Origin: a virus
Taxonomy: Duplodnaviria; Caudoviricetes
DNA length: 64,000 bases
Virus record (IMG/VR): IMGVR_UViG_3300046170_000302
Reading direction: 5' to 3' (one strand)
Positions 1 to 9,536 of this stretch are shown here, piece by piece (positions within the stretch are counted from its first letter, which is position 1; the number at the start of each line of letters is the position of its first letter). Made by a program: the position numbers and the translations under genes. The notes under the pieces were generated by a model that did no database searches, was not told the origin of the DNA, and was given only the letters and a program-made list of their open reading frames with translations.

Positions 1-184
1 GATTATGGATGAGGTATTTGATAGTTCTCTGGATGGTTTTGGTACTGATGAATTCCTTAAAATCATTCGTTATGAGATACAAGATGCTAATATTTTTGTA
101 ATCTCTCATAAGGAATCACTATTTGATAAGTTTCAAAATGTAATTAAGTTTGAGAAGTGTAAAGGTTTCTCAAGAAAAGTGTGA
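1..184 (+). CDS. gp46: Recombination endonuclease ATPase subunit gp46 (SbcC/Rad50-like), C-terminal fragment
   Basis: Frame 2 reads IMDEVFDSSLDGFG...IFVISHK: Walker B/D-loop and H-loop of Rad50-like ATPases; stop at 182-184. Confidence 0.9.
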   Translation, partial: IMDEVFDSSLDGFGTDEFLKIIRYEIQDANIFVISHKESLFDKFQNVIKFEKCKGFSRKV

Positions 185-250
185 AAGATACAAAAGTATG
201 TTAAGTTAGGAAACCCTGACTATATAATAGTGGTATCATGGAGATTGTTT

Positions 251-421
251 ATGAAAAACTTGGTATCTCGCAACGAGCTAGCCACTTGGGAGTGGGACGA
301 AAAAACTACTGGAGAGGAAAAGTACGATCAAGTCACAGAATACTTTCAATGTATCACTGAGTGCGATATTCCAGATCATGACGCTAAAAGATTCTGTAGA
401 CACATTCTGACTACCACGTAA
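251..421 (+). CDS. Small hypothetical protein with three Cys (FQCITEC...FC)
   Basis: ORF track 230..421; ATG at 251; followed by a terminator. Confidence 0.7.
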   Translation: MKNLVSRNELATWEWDEKTTGEEKYDQVTEYFQCITECDIPDHDAKRFCRHILTTT

Positions 422-458
422 ACATAGACAAAAACAATTTAGGAGTCGCCTACCAAAG

Positions 459-478
459 AACCCCCCGAAAGGGGGGTT
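459..478 (+). terminator. Intrinsic terminator hairpin
   Basis: AACCCCCC-GAAA-GGGGGGTT. Confidence 0.75.
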
Positions 479-482
479 TGGT

Positions 483-540
483 GTGCCAGTTATTAAAGTG
501 GTAGAACCCTCTCAATAATTTTGTTACTCACCACTAAAAT
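483..540 (+). promoter_or_regulatory. CCAGTT-N4-AA(G/C)TG box upstream of a -10-like TAAAAT
   Basis: GTGCCAGTTATTAAAGTGG at 483-501; TAAAAT at 535-540; same spacing at 34405 and 56104. Confidence 0.55.
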
Positions 541-566
541 GCTTTATAAGTGAGAGAGACACCACA

Positions 567-2633
567 ATGGTAAACTACGAGATCAAGTCACAACTAGCAA
601 AACTCCTGGCTACTGAGGATCTTATAGTTGAGAACCGTAATGCTCAAACTGCATCCTTTGATGTTGAGAACAGGGTATTGACCCTACCAATGTGGGAGAA
701 AGCATCATCGACTGTTTATGATATGTTGGTTGGTCATGAAGTGGGCCACGCACTCTTTACTCCTGATGATTGGTCTTGGGAAAATAGAGTTCCTCGTTCT
801 TTCGTGAATGTCACAGAAGATGCTAGGATTGAGAAACTTATGAAACGTAAGTATCCTGGATTGACTAAAACATTTTACAGAGCATATAAAGATCTATCAG
901 AGGAAGACTTCTTTGAACTGAGTGATGTAGATATCAATGAGATGAACCTGGCTGATCGTATCAATCTAAAGTATAAGATTGGAAACTGGGTTGATGTTCC
1001 ATTCACTGATGAAGAAATGGAATTGGTTGAATTGGTCGGCAAAAGTGAAACCTTTGGAGAAGCAGTATTTGCAGCAGAAGAGGTATATCGATACACTAAA
1101 GAACAACTCAATACACAAACTCCACAACCAAATCTTGAAGAAGTAGTGGAGATACCTCAGGGGAATGGTGAAGAGATTGAGTCTGAGGAAACAGAAGAAT
1201 CTAGTGAACCAACACTTGATACTCCTGAGATGAAGGGTGAGAATCATAGTGAAGGTGATTCGATTCAACAACAACCTCAAGAGGTAGAACCTGAAGTTAC
1301 AACTGACGATATATTTTCAGAGAATGTATCTGAGTTAAATCGTCCATCAGATCTAACAGGTGGCAACTCTTACTATCAGATTCCTAAGTTGAACTACGAT
1401 GATGTTGTTGTTCCCAACTCTGAGATTCATGAGTTGATTGATGCATTTTGGAGAACTTATGAAGATGATGTGTTTAAAGAAGCAGACAGTGATTACTCCA
1501 AGTTCAAGAAGTCGGCACAGAAAGAAGTCAACTATCTTGTAAAAGAGTTTGAGTGTAAGAAGTCAGCTGACTCATACGCTAGAACCACTACTTCAAGAAC
1601 TGGTGTTCTGGATTGTACTAAACTTCACACCTACAAATACAATGAAGATCTCTTCAAGAAAGTATCTGTAGTTCCTGATGGAAAGAATCACGGTCTAGTC
1701 TTCATTCTTGATTGGTCTGGATCTATGTGTGATTCTCTTCTTGATACAATCAAACAACTCTATAACTTGGTCTGGTTCTGTAGTAAGGTCAATATCCCTT
1801 TTGATGTCTATGCTTTCAGTAACACATACAATCGTGGACAACAAGAGTCTAAGTTTCATAATGAAGTAGAGAAAGGTAATTTTGTAGTTGGTGGTGATTT
1901 TAAGTTGATGCACTTCTTGAGTAGCAAGGTAAACAAGAAAACACTTGATAATCAACTACTTAACATCTGGAGAGTTTCACGTCAGTTCCGAGTTTACTCA
2001 CCCTACCATGCTCCATTACAGGTATCTCTTTCTGGTACACCTCTGAATGAATCACTGGTAGCTTTACATACTATTCTTCCTAAGTTCAAAAGAGAGAATC
2101 AACTCCAAAAAGTTCAGTGTGTGATTCTCACTGATGGTGAAGCACATCAACTTTACTACTTTGATTACTACACTGGATACTATGACAAAAAGGAACATTT
2201 AGCTCCTCGTCAGTGTAGAGGTATAAAAGGTTATCTTCGTAATCGTAAGACTGGATACACCTATCAGATTGGTTATCAGTATTGGGATTTTACTGACATA
2301 CTTCTCAAAGATCTCAAACAATCTTTTCCTGATACGAACTTTATTGGTATTCGACTCGTAGCTCCCCGTGACTTTGCTACCTTCCTTAGAAGGTACGGTT
2401 TCCTAAGTGAACTAGACCTAAAGAAAGCTCGTAAGGAGAAGAGTTATAATATTACAGGGTCTGGATATGATGCATACTTTGCAATGATCCAGAACGCTCT
2501 ATCCTCAGATACAGAGTTTGAGGTTGAAGATGAGGCAAGTAAGACTAGAATCAAATCAGCATTCATGAAGTCACTCAAAGCTAAGACTCTAAATAAAAAG
2601 GTTCTTAGTAAGTTCATGGATTTGGTTTGTTAA
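567..2633 (+). CDS. HExxH metallopeptidase-like N-domain plus C-terminal VWA domain (CobT-like partner of MoxR ATPase)
   Basis: HEVGH motif; MIDAS DWSGSM; LTDGE; acidic linker; adjacent to MoxR ATPase. Confidence 0.85.
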   Translation: MVNYEIKSQLAKLLATEDLIVENRNAQTASFDVENRVLTLPMWEKASSTVYDMLVGHEVGHALFTPDDWSWENRVPRSFVNVTEDARIEKLMKRKYPGLTKTFYRAYKDLSEEDFFELSDVDINEMNLADRINLKYKIGNWVDVPFTDEEMELVELVGKSETFGEAVFAAEEVYRYTKEQLNTQTPQPNLEEVVEIPQGNGEEIESEETEESSEPTLDTPEMKGENHSEGDSIQQQPQEVEPEVTTDDIFSENVSELNRPSDLTGGNSYYQIPKLNYDDVVVPNSEIHELIDAFWRTYEDDVFKEADSDYSKFKKSAQKEVNYLVKEFECKKSADSYARTTTSRTGVLDCTKLHTYKYNEDLFKKVSVVPDGKNHGLVFILDWSGSMCDSLLDTIKQLYNLVWFCSKVNIPFDVYAFSNTYNRGQQESKFHNEVEKGNFVVGGDFKLMHFLSSKVNKKTLDNQLLNIWRVSRQFRVYSPYHAPLQVSLSGTPLNESLVALHTILPKFKRENQLQKVQCVILTDGEAHQLYYFDYYTGYYDKKEHLAPRQCRGIKGYLRNRKTGYTYQIGYQYWDFTDILLKDLKQSFPDTNFIGIRLVAPRDFATFLRRYGFLSELDLKKARKEKSYNITGSGYDAYFAMIQNALSSDTEFEVEDEASKTRIKSAFMKSLKAKTLNKKVLSKFMDLVC

Positions 2634-2679
2634 TGTTACTCACCTCCAAATTGCTCAATTACTGAAGAACCTTATTATC

Positions 2680-3774
2680 ATGTCTCTGTCTACTGAATAC
2701 ATTGTTGAATCTCTCCAATCACTTTACGGTGAATCCGTAACTACTGGTGATATTAGAGCCTGGTGTGCAATGAATGGTTGTTCCTATCCAACTGTAACTA
2801 AAAAAATCTCTGACTATAAGTCAGGTCGTGGTAAGTGGGAACTTAGTGTTCAAGAAATCAAAGAAGAACTAGAAGAAACATATACAGCACCATCGGTAGA
2901 AAACCACATCGAGCAAGATCTAGTCCCAGCAAAAGATGATACCTTCGTCCAGTTTGGTAACTTTGTTGATATTAAAAAGATTATTAAGTCCGGTCTATTC
3001 TATCCAACGTTCATTACGGGTCTTTCGGGTAACGGTAAGACGTTGGGTGTCGAACAGGCTTGTGCGGTTCTCAAGAGGGAGTTGATTCGTGTCAACATTA
3101 CTATCGAGACTGATGAAGATGATCTTATTGGTGGGTTCCGTCTTGTTAATGGCGAAACTGTTTGGCATAACGGTCCAGTCATCGAAGCTCTTCAACGTGG
3201 AGCAGTATTACTTCTAGATGAGGTTGACCTAGCATCTAATAAGATCCTGTGTCTTCAATCTATTCTGGAGGGTAAAGGTGTATTCCTCAAGAAGATTGGT
3301 AAGTTCATTCAACCCAAAGATGGTTTCACTGTTATCGCAACAGCAAACACCAAGGGTAAGGGTTCTGAAGATGGTAGGTTTATCGGCACTAACGTTCTCA
3401 ACGAAGCCTTTCTAGAGAGGTTCTGTGTGACCTTCGAACAGGAATATCCTACTCCTGTAGTAGAAACTAAGATCCTAGGTCACTTGTGTGATGATAAGAA
3501 GTTCTGTAAGCACCTGGCTGATTGGGCTGATATCATCCGTAAGACCTTCAATGAAGGTGGTATTGATGAGATTATCAGCACCCGTCGTTTGGTTCACATC
3601 GTCAAAGCGTATTCAATCTTTGAAGATAAGACCAAGGCTATTGGAGTTTGTCTCAATCGTTTCGATGATGAGACTAAACAATCTTTCATCGAACTTTATG
3701 ATAAGGTTGATGTAGAATTCCAAATGAATGAACTGGAAGATCAAATGTATGTTGAAGAAACCCCTGAATTCTGA
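2680..3774 (+). CDS. cobS: CobS-like MoxR-family AAA+ ATPase
   Basis: Walker A GLSGNGKT; Walker B LLLDEVD; ATANTKG; typical cyanomyovirus gene. Confidence 0.9.
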   Translation: MSLSTEYIVESLQSLYGESVTTGDIRAWCAMNGCSYPTVTKKISDYKSGRGKWELSVQEIKEELEETYTAPSVENHIEQDLVPAKDDTFVQFGNFVDIKKIIKSGLFYPTFITGLSGNGKTLGVEQACAVLKRELIRVNITIETDEDDLIGGFRLVNGETVWHNGPVIEALQRGAVLLLDEVDLASNKILCLQSILEGKGVFLKKIGKFIQPKDGFTVIATANTKGKGSEDGRFIGTNVLNEAFLERFCVTFEQEYPTPVVETKILGHLCDDKKFCKHLADWADIIRKTFNEGGIDEIISTRRLVHIVKAYSIFEDKTKAIGVCLNRFDDETKQSFIELYDKVDVEFQMNELEDQMYVEETPEF

Positions 3775-3785
3775 TATACTAAATT

Positions 3786-4322
3786 ATGAACGCATGGTCG
3801 CTACTTTATGAGGAACTTGACATGAGTAAAAACATTAAAGAAGGAGATCCCCAAGATTTCTGGTATGAAGATGGTATCAGTCTTGTAGGAAATCCATACA
3901 TCACTGGTCCACTTTCAAGTGATACTATTAACTTTTCATCAACTGTTATTGGTGGTGGTATCCTAGGAGGAGAGGGTGAGGATCACATCAGTTTTGATGG
4001 TCCAGTTAGTATCCCTGACTTCCCCACAACAAAGACTAGATGGAAGTATGATGAGGAAAAGATCCTCTCAGAGTTGTCCGATTATATTTCTGGTACATAT
4101 AACCAACATTATTCTGCTGGTACTGATAAGGTACAGACACTTGATCTCATTGAAGCCTGTGGTGACGGTGAATCATTCTGTCGATCTAACATCCTAAAGT
4201 ATGCCTCTCGATATGATAAGAAAGGTACAGCACGACGTGACATTATGAAGATCCTGCATTATGCTGTTCTTCTGTTACACTTCAACGACAAAAACGCACA
4301 ACGAGAAACCTATCCTCAATGA
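3786..4322 (+). CDS. Conserved phage protein (DUF3310-like C-terminal domain)
   Basis: HYS...QTLDLIE...FCRSNILKYASRYDKKG...DIMKILHY pattern; start uncertain. Confidence 0.6.
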   Translation: MNAWSLLYEELDMSKNIKEGDPQDFWYEDGISLVGNPYITGPLSSDTINFSSTVIGGGILGGEGEDHISFDGPVSIPDFPTTKTRWKYDEEKILSELSDYISGTYNQHYSAGTDKVQTLDLIEACGDGESFCRSNILKYASRYDKKGTARRDIMKILHYAVLLLHFNDKNAQRETYPQ

Positions 4323-4991
4323 CAATGAAACTTTCTGAATCAACCGTTAATCTTCTCAAGAACTTTAGTTCTATCAATCAATCTATCCTGTTCAAGGAAG
4401 GAACTAAACTTCGTACTATTTCAGTGATGAAGAACATTCTGGTTGAAGCAAATGTATCTGAAGAGTTTCCACGGGACTTTGGTATCTACGATCTCAATCA
4501 GTTCCTCAATGGTTTGTCTCTTCACGCTAACGCTGAACTGAACTTTGATAATCAGGAATATGTCCTGATCAAAGAAGGTCGTATGAGGAGTAAGTATTTC
4601 TTCGCTGATCCTTCTGTGATTGTTGCACCTCCTGAGAAAGAGATCACTCTTCCTTCTGAGGATGTTATCCTTTGAACTCACATCACAACAACTGGAGAAA
4701 CTGAAGAAAGCTTCTTCTGTTTATCAACTCCCTGATGTATCTGTGATTGGTGAGGCTGGTGTAATCAAACTGGTTGCACGAGATAAGAAGAATGACACAT
4801 CAAACAACTTTGAGATTGTTGTTGGTGAGACTGAAGATGAGTTCACATTCAACTTCAAAGAAGAGAATCTGAAGATTGTTCCTGGTAACTATGATGTTAC
4901 AGTATCTTCCAAACTCCTTTCCAAGTTCGTCAATCAGAACATCGACGTAGTATACTACATTGCATTGGAACCTGATTCTACCTTTGGCTGA
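4319..4991 (+). CDS. gp45: Sliding clamp gp45 (one frameshift near 4665)
   Basis: MKLSESTVNLLKNFSSINQSI...FGIYDLNQFL; continues in ORF 4620..4991 ending YYIALEPDSTFG. Confidence 0.92.
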
Positions 4992-5518
4992 TGAACATCT
5001 TTGTTACTGACCCTGACCCTATCAAGTCTGCTCAAGTCCTTCCTGACAAACACATTGTCAAGATGCCACTTGAGACTTGTCAGATGTTGGCTATTGTCTG
5101 TTCTGACAAATGGGGTCATGGGTTTGGTCAACTCCATCGTCAAGATGGTGAACCATACAAGACAGAGAAAGGTGCATTCCGTAACCATCCCTGTACTGTT
5201 TGGGCTAACTCTTTTGTGATGAACTGGCAGTGGCTCCTACACCATGGTCTTGCTCTCTGTGATGAGTACAAGAACCGTTATGGTAAGGAACACACTTGTC
5301 TGCAACCACTACAAGAAGCTCGTATTATTCTCCCTACTGGAGACCCTACAGGACGGTCTGGCAAAGACACCACACCGTTCGTTAGAGCTATGCCTGATGA
5401 GTTCAAACTAGATACTAGTATCTCAACCTTTGATGCATACAAGATGTACATTGGTTCTAAACCGTGGGTATCTGACAACTACCTTCGTATTCCTGATCGT
5501 AAACCTGAATGGGTATGA
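4991..5518 (+). CDS. Pyrimidine-dimer DNA glycosylase / endonuclease V-like protein
   Basis: MNIFVTDPDP...DKHIVKMPLETCQML...HPCT motif. Confidence 0.65.
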   Translation: MNIFVTDPDPIKSAQVLPDKHIVKMPLETCQMLAIVCSDKWGHGFGQLHRQDGEPYKTEKGAFRNHPCTVWANSFVMNWQWLLHHGLALCDEYKNRYGKEHTCLQPLQEARIILPTGDPTGRSGKDTTPFVRAMPDEFKLDTSISTFDAYKMYIGSKPWVSDNYLRIPDRKPEWV

Positions 5519-6207
5519 ATGAAATCTTAAAAGGAAAAGTAAAAACACTTTTCGAAACAGACAATCCTGAAGAAGTGATGATTCGTTATGAGGATTGTGT
5601 AACTGCTGGAAATGGACAGATGGTTGAATACCCAAAGGGAAAGGGTACAGTCTGTTGTTTGATGACAGCAATGTTGTTTGAGTATCTTGAAAGTAACTCA
5701 ATCAGAACACACTTTATTGATTGTCCTTCATTGGATACTATGAGGTGTAAGAAACTAAAGATCGCTCCTGTGGAAGTTATCTGTAGGAACATCGCAGCTG
5801 GTTCTATTGTAAAAACTACAAACATCACTGAGGGTTTCCTTATTCAACCTCCCATCATTGAGTTCTTTCTCAAGGATGATAGTAAGAATGATCCCTTACT
5901 CACACCAGATCGTGTGAAGTTGATGGGTATCGATACAGAACCACTGATTGAAAAGGCTCGCAATGTTAACGATCTGCTACAACCACTCTTCTTATTGTGT
6001 GGTATTGACCTAGTTGACTTTAAACTGGAGTTTGGGTATGACGCCCATGGTGATCTCTTCCTGGCTGATGAACTGTCACCAGACAACATGAGGTTATGGA
6101 GTAAAGACAGAACAGAACGGTTCGATAAGGACTTGTTCCGTAAGGGAGAAGGTGATATAGTAGAAGCCTACAAGATTATTTTGACAAAACTGAGGCAGTT
6201 TGTATGA
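5515..6207 (+). CDS. purC: SAICAR synthetase
   Basis: GKVKTLF; EVICRNIAAGS; EFFLKDD...DP; VDFKLEFG; LADELSPDNMRLW. Confidence 0.93.
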   Translation: MNEILKGKVKTLFETDNPEEVMIRYEDCVTAGNGQMVEYPKGKGTVCCLMTAMLFEYLESNSIRTHFIDCPSLDTMRCKKLKIAPVEVICRNIAAGSIVKTTNITEGFLIQPPIIEFFLKDDSKNDPLLTPDRVKLMGIDTEPLIEKARNVNDLLQPLFLLCGIDLVDFKLEFGYDAHGDLFLADELSPDNMRLWSKDRTERFDKDLFRKGEGDIVEAYKIILTKLRQFV

Positions 6208-7151
6208 GTCGTAATGAATTCGTTTGGGTGGAGAAGTATCGCCCCCAGACTATTGATGATTGTATTCTTCCTGATAACATCAAGAAGACCTTTATTGATT
6301 TCCTAGATAAAGGTGAGGTTCCAAATCTTTTGTTATCGGGACCACCTGGATGTGGTAAAACCACTGTAGCTAAAGCACTTTGTAACCAATTAGGAGTAGA
6401 TGTTTATGTCATCAACGGATCCGATGAGGGGAGATTCCTCGATACTGTCAGAAACAATGCGAAGAATTTCGCTTCGACCGTATCGCTTTCGTCAACTGCT
6501 AAACACAAAGTCATCATCATTGACGAAGCAGATAACACAACCCCTGATGTACAACTTGCCTTACGGGCGTTTACTGAGGAGTTTATTGGCAACTGTCGAT
6601 TCATCTTCACCTGCAACTACAAAAACAAGATCGTTGCTCCCCTCCACTCCCGATGTGCAGTCATCGACTTTGCCATTAGGGGAAAAGAAAGACAGGAACT
6701 TGCAGGTAAGTTCTTCAAAAGACTCCAACAAATCTTGGATCAAGAATCTGTTGGATATGACGCAAAAGTCCTTGCAGAACTTATCAACAAACACTTTCCA
6801 GATTGGAGAAGAGTACTCAACGAAGTTCAAAGGTATTCGGTCGGGGGCAAAATCGACTCAGGAATCCTCGCAAGTTTTTCGGATGTAAAAACTAATGATC
6901 TCTTTAAAAAACTTAAGTCCAAAGACTTCTCGGCAGTTAGGAAGTGGGTTGTTGATAATCTTGATAACGATCCCACTGTATTGCTACGTTCTATATACGA
7001 TGCAATCTACGCCCATCTTGATGGTCCTGGTATCGCTGCCGCTGTACTTATTATTGCGAAGTATCAGTACCAAAGTGGCTTCGTTGCTGACCAAGAAATA
7101 AATATGTTGGCTTGTCTAACTGAAATCATGGTGGAGTGTGAATTCAAATGA
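6204..7151 (+). CDS. gp44: Clamp loader large subunit gp44
   Basis: WVEKYRP; GPPGCGKT; IIDEADN; SRC motif. Confidence 0.96.
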   Translation: MSRNEFVWVEKYRPQTIDDCILPDNIKKTFIDFLDKGEVPNLLLSGPPGCGKTTVAKALCNQLGVDVYVINGSDEGRFLDTVRNNAKNFASTVSLSSTAKHKVIIIDEADNTTPDVQLALRAFTEEFIGNCRFIFTCNYKNKIVAPLHSRCAVIDFAIRGKERQELAGKFFKRLQQILDQESVGYDAKVLAELINKHFPDWRRVLNEVQRYSVGGKIDSGILASFSDVKTNDLFKKLKSKDFSAVRKWVVDNLDNDPTVLLRSIYDAIYAHLDGPGIAAAVLIIAKYQYQSGFVADQEINMLACLTEIMVECEFK

Positions 7152-7297
7152 GTAAACCCAGACAAAAGAAATCCAGAACTTATTATTACTTCTGGGGTTT
7201 GGCAACAATTGCAGTTGTGACCGGACAAATATATATCGGTAGTGGATATCATTCCATGGCTAATCAAGTCCGTGATTTGGTTGAGGTTGCTAAATGA
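7148..7297 (+). CDS. Small membrane protein (49 aa)
   Basis: MSKPRQKKSRTYYYFWGLATIAVVTGQIYIG...; ATGA overlaps with both neighbours; below ORF-track cutoff. Confidence 0.65.
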   Translation: MSKPRQKKSRTYYYFWGLATIAVVTGQIYIGSGYHSMANQVRDLVEVAK

Positions 7298-7566
7298 AGA
7301 AACTATTAATAGCTTTAGGTGGAGTTCTTTTACTCTCCTCACCCGTAATGGCTCACAGTAAGGGATATCGTTATCATAGTCGTGGTAGTCATAGTCACTG
7401 CCATAATCACTACAAACGTGGATATAGTCATTGTCACTGGCATTCCCATAGACCAGGAAATGGTCACCATGGAAGACAATATATGCATGGTAGAAGACAT
7501 CATGGACATCATAGTCACCGTGATCACTATTATGATGGTGATGACGTTCAAATTATTATTCGTTGA
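7294..7566 (+). CDS. Secreted His-rich small protein
   Basis: Signal peptide MKKLLIALGGVLLLSSPVMA; 19 His in the ~70 aa mature part; two SHCHxH motifs. Confidence 0.75.
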   Translation: MKKLLIALGGVLLLSSPVMAHSKGYRYHSRGSHSHCHNHYKRGYSHCHWHSHRPGNGHHGRQYMHGRRHHGHHSHRDHYYDGDDVQIIIR

Positions 7567-7569
7567 TTT

Positions 7570-7954
7570 ATGGAACTTAAAGATTGGTTGAATTCTCTTA
7601 ACTTTACCTAAAGAGAATCTTTTAGATGATGAACCCCATCTTGCAAAAGAGTATCCACCCTACATTATCAATCGTTGTATGTCTGGACACATGGATTCAG
7701 TCATGTATGCCCAAGAGATGAACAAGTATCACTTCCTTGATAAAGATTTGCAATATAATTTTTATCTAAATACTCTGAGAAAGAGGAAGAGATTCTCTCC
7801 TTGGATTCGGAAGGATAAAGTATCAGATCTTGATTATGTAAAACGTTACTATGGTTATAGTAATGAGAAAGCATCTCAGGTTATGAAGATTTTGACTCCT
7901 GAACAAATTACATACATTAAACAACGACTTGAAACTGGTGGGAGTAAAAAATGA
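7570..7954 (+). CDS. gp62: Clamp loader small subunit gp62 (frameshift near 7610)
   Basis: MELKDWLNSLNFT..KEN...YPPYIINRCMSGH...LRKRKRFSPW. Confidence 0.9.
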
Positions 7955-8412
7955 GTCAAACTACTGAACCTCAGGTTCAATGGTCTCAAGATAAAATGAT
8001 TGAGGTCAGATTGAATGAACCTGATGATTTCCTGAAAGTCCGTGAAACCCTGACTAGAATTGGTGTTGCTTCTCGTAAAGAGAAGAAACTATATCAGTCC
8101 TGTCATATCCTTCATAAGCAAGGTAAGTATTATATCGTTCACTTCAAAGAACTATTTGCTCTTGATGGTAAGTACGCAAACCTTACTATCAATGATGTAC
8201 AACGTAGAAACCGTATCACCAAGCTCCTCTCTGACTGGGGATTGATTGATGTGTGTACAGAGGATGAGATCATTGACATCGCACCACTGAACCAGATTAA
8301 GGTTCTTCCATATAAGGAAAAGAGTGAGTGGGTACTAGAACAGAAGTACAATATCGGATCGAAAAAGAACCAGGGTAGTGAAACCCCACAATACAGAAGG
8401 TCGTTTGAGTAA
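7951..8412 (+). CDS. regA: Translational repressor RegA
   Basis: EPDDFLKVRETLTRIGVASRKEKKLYQSCHILHKQGKYYIVHFKELFALDGK. Confidence 0.96.
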   Translation: MSQTTEPQVQWSQDKMIEVRLNEPDDFLKVRETLTRIGVASRKEKKLYQSCHILHKQGKYYIVHFKELFALDGKYANLTINDVQRRNRITKLLSDWGLIDVCTEDEIIDIAPLNQIKVLPYKEKSEWVLEQKYNIGSKKNQGSETPQYRRSFE

Positions 8413-8944
8413 GGCACAGAAACACCTTTCTACTCTTATCCCAGAACACTGTGTTGTTTTTGTTGCTAAACTAACTGAGCCAGGTGAAGTTTATGGTAAG
8501 AAGTATCCCAGAGGTCATCGTTGGAGAATTGATTCCAACACCCGTGCATTGAATTGGGCTCGAGCTGGGTCTGATGCTATTCCAAAAGATGTCTTTGTGA
8601 TTGAATATTCTTTTGAAGATCCTGATCGAATTCGTAAATCGTATAATACTTTTGACTCTCCTGATAGTGTAGAAAGAAACCAAGAAAAATTATATGGTAT
8701 CATTTCTGGGATGTACTGTTATACTCCACAGTCCTCAAAACTAATTAAGGGACAAATTATCTCTGGTCTCAATAAAGCATGTAATTTTTATTACCCAGAA
8801 ACTTGGAATCAGAATAATGTACCAGCAGCAGAACTTCCTGGACAGGTTGGTGCTTTCCTTGAAGAGCTTAAGACGTTGGATAGTCTAATGAAAAATAGTA
8901 CGGGGTTCAACACCCCCGTTTTTTATGCTATGTGTTATAATTAG
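8378..8944 (+). pseudogene. Apparently doubly truncated fragment of a phage hypothetical protein
   Basis: Folded-protein-like core (RIDSNTRALNW...YNTFDSPDSVE) but the start overlaps regA by 35 nt and the frame runs through a terminator hairpin into the next promoter. Confidence 0.45.
8900..8924 (+). terminator. Intrinsic terminator
   Basis: ACGGGG-TTCAACAC-CCCCGT followed by a T run. Confidence 0.75.
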
Positions 8945-9001
8945 TATGTGGTTGTCGAAAGAGACCACACATTTCAAACTCGCTTACTTAAGGAGTAACA
9001 C

Positions 9002-9445
9002 ATGACTACACTAGCACGCTACAACTCTGCAAACATCAACCAACTGATGGAACGTTTGCAACGAAACACGATCGGTATGGATGATTATTTTGATCGTGTA
9101 TTCAGCTACGAAGCACAAAGCTATCCCCCATATAACCTCGTTCAGGTTTCTGAGGATGAGTCCCGTCTAGAACTGGCTCTAGCAGGTTTCAGTCAGGATG
9201 AGGTAAAGGTCTACACTGAGAAGGGTTATCTGGTTATTGAGGGACAGAAGGAGAGCTCAGACGGACGGGAGTATATCCACCGCGGTCTGGCATCACGTTC
9301 CTTCACTCGTTCCTGGTCTATCTCAGAAGACACTGAAGTCTCTGATGTGAACTTCGAGAATGGTCTTCTGGTAGTAACACTGGCACGAGTGGTTCCTGAG
9401 AACCGTCGCCGTCGTTATCTTATGGGAGGTGGCGATACTAAATAA
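9002..9445 (+). CDS. hsp20: Small heat shock protein
   Basis: YPPYNLV; LELALAGF; YIHRGLASRSFTRSW; FENGLLVV; SD AAGGAG upstream. Confidence 0.95.
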   Translation: MTTLARYNSANINQLMERLQRNTIGMDDYFDRVFSYEAQSYPPYNLVQVSEDESRLELALAGFSQDEVKVYTEKGYLVIEGQKESSDGREYIHRGLASRSFTRSWSISEDTEVSDVNFENGLLVVTLARVVPENRRRRYLMGGGDTK

Positions 9446-9461
9446 TCTATATCGTCGCCGC

Positions 9462-9505
9462 GGGAGGCACCTGGTCAGTAATCAGGTTGCCCTCCCCCTT
9501 TTTTT
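9462..9505 (+). terminator. Long terminator hairpin whose 3' arm carries a -35 (TTGCCT-17-TATAAT, 9487-9515)
   Basis: GGGAGGCA-CCTG...CAGG-T-TGCCTCCC followed by a T run. Confidence 0.7.
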
Positions 9506-9536
9506 GCACTATAATAATAGAGAGATATTATCTAAA

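Noticed and set aside
2680-3774. Cobalamin biosynthesis function for cobS
   Set aside because: The sequence is a MoxR AAA+ ATPase paired with a VWA protein. No CobN or other cob genes are present in the window.
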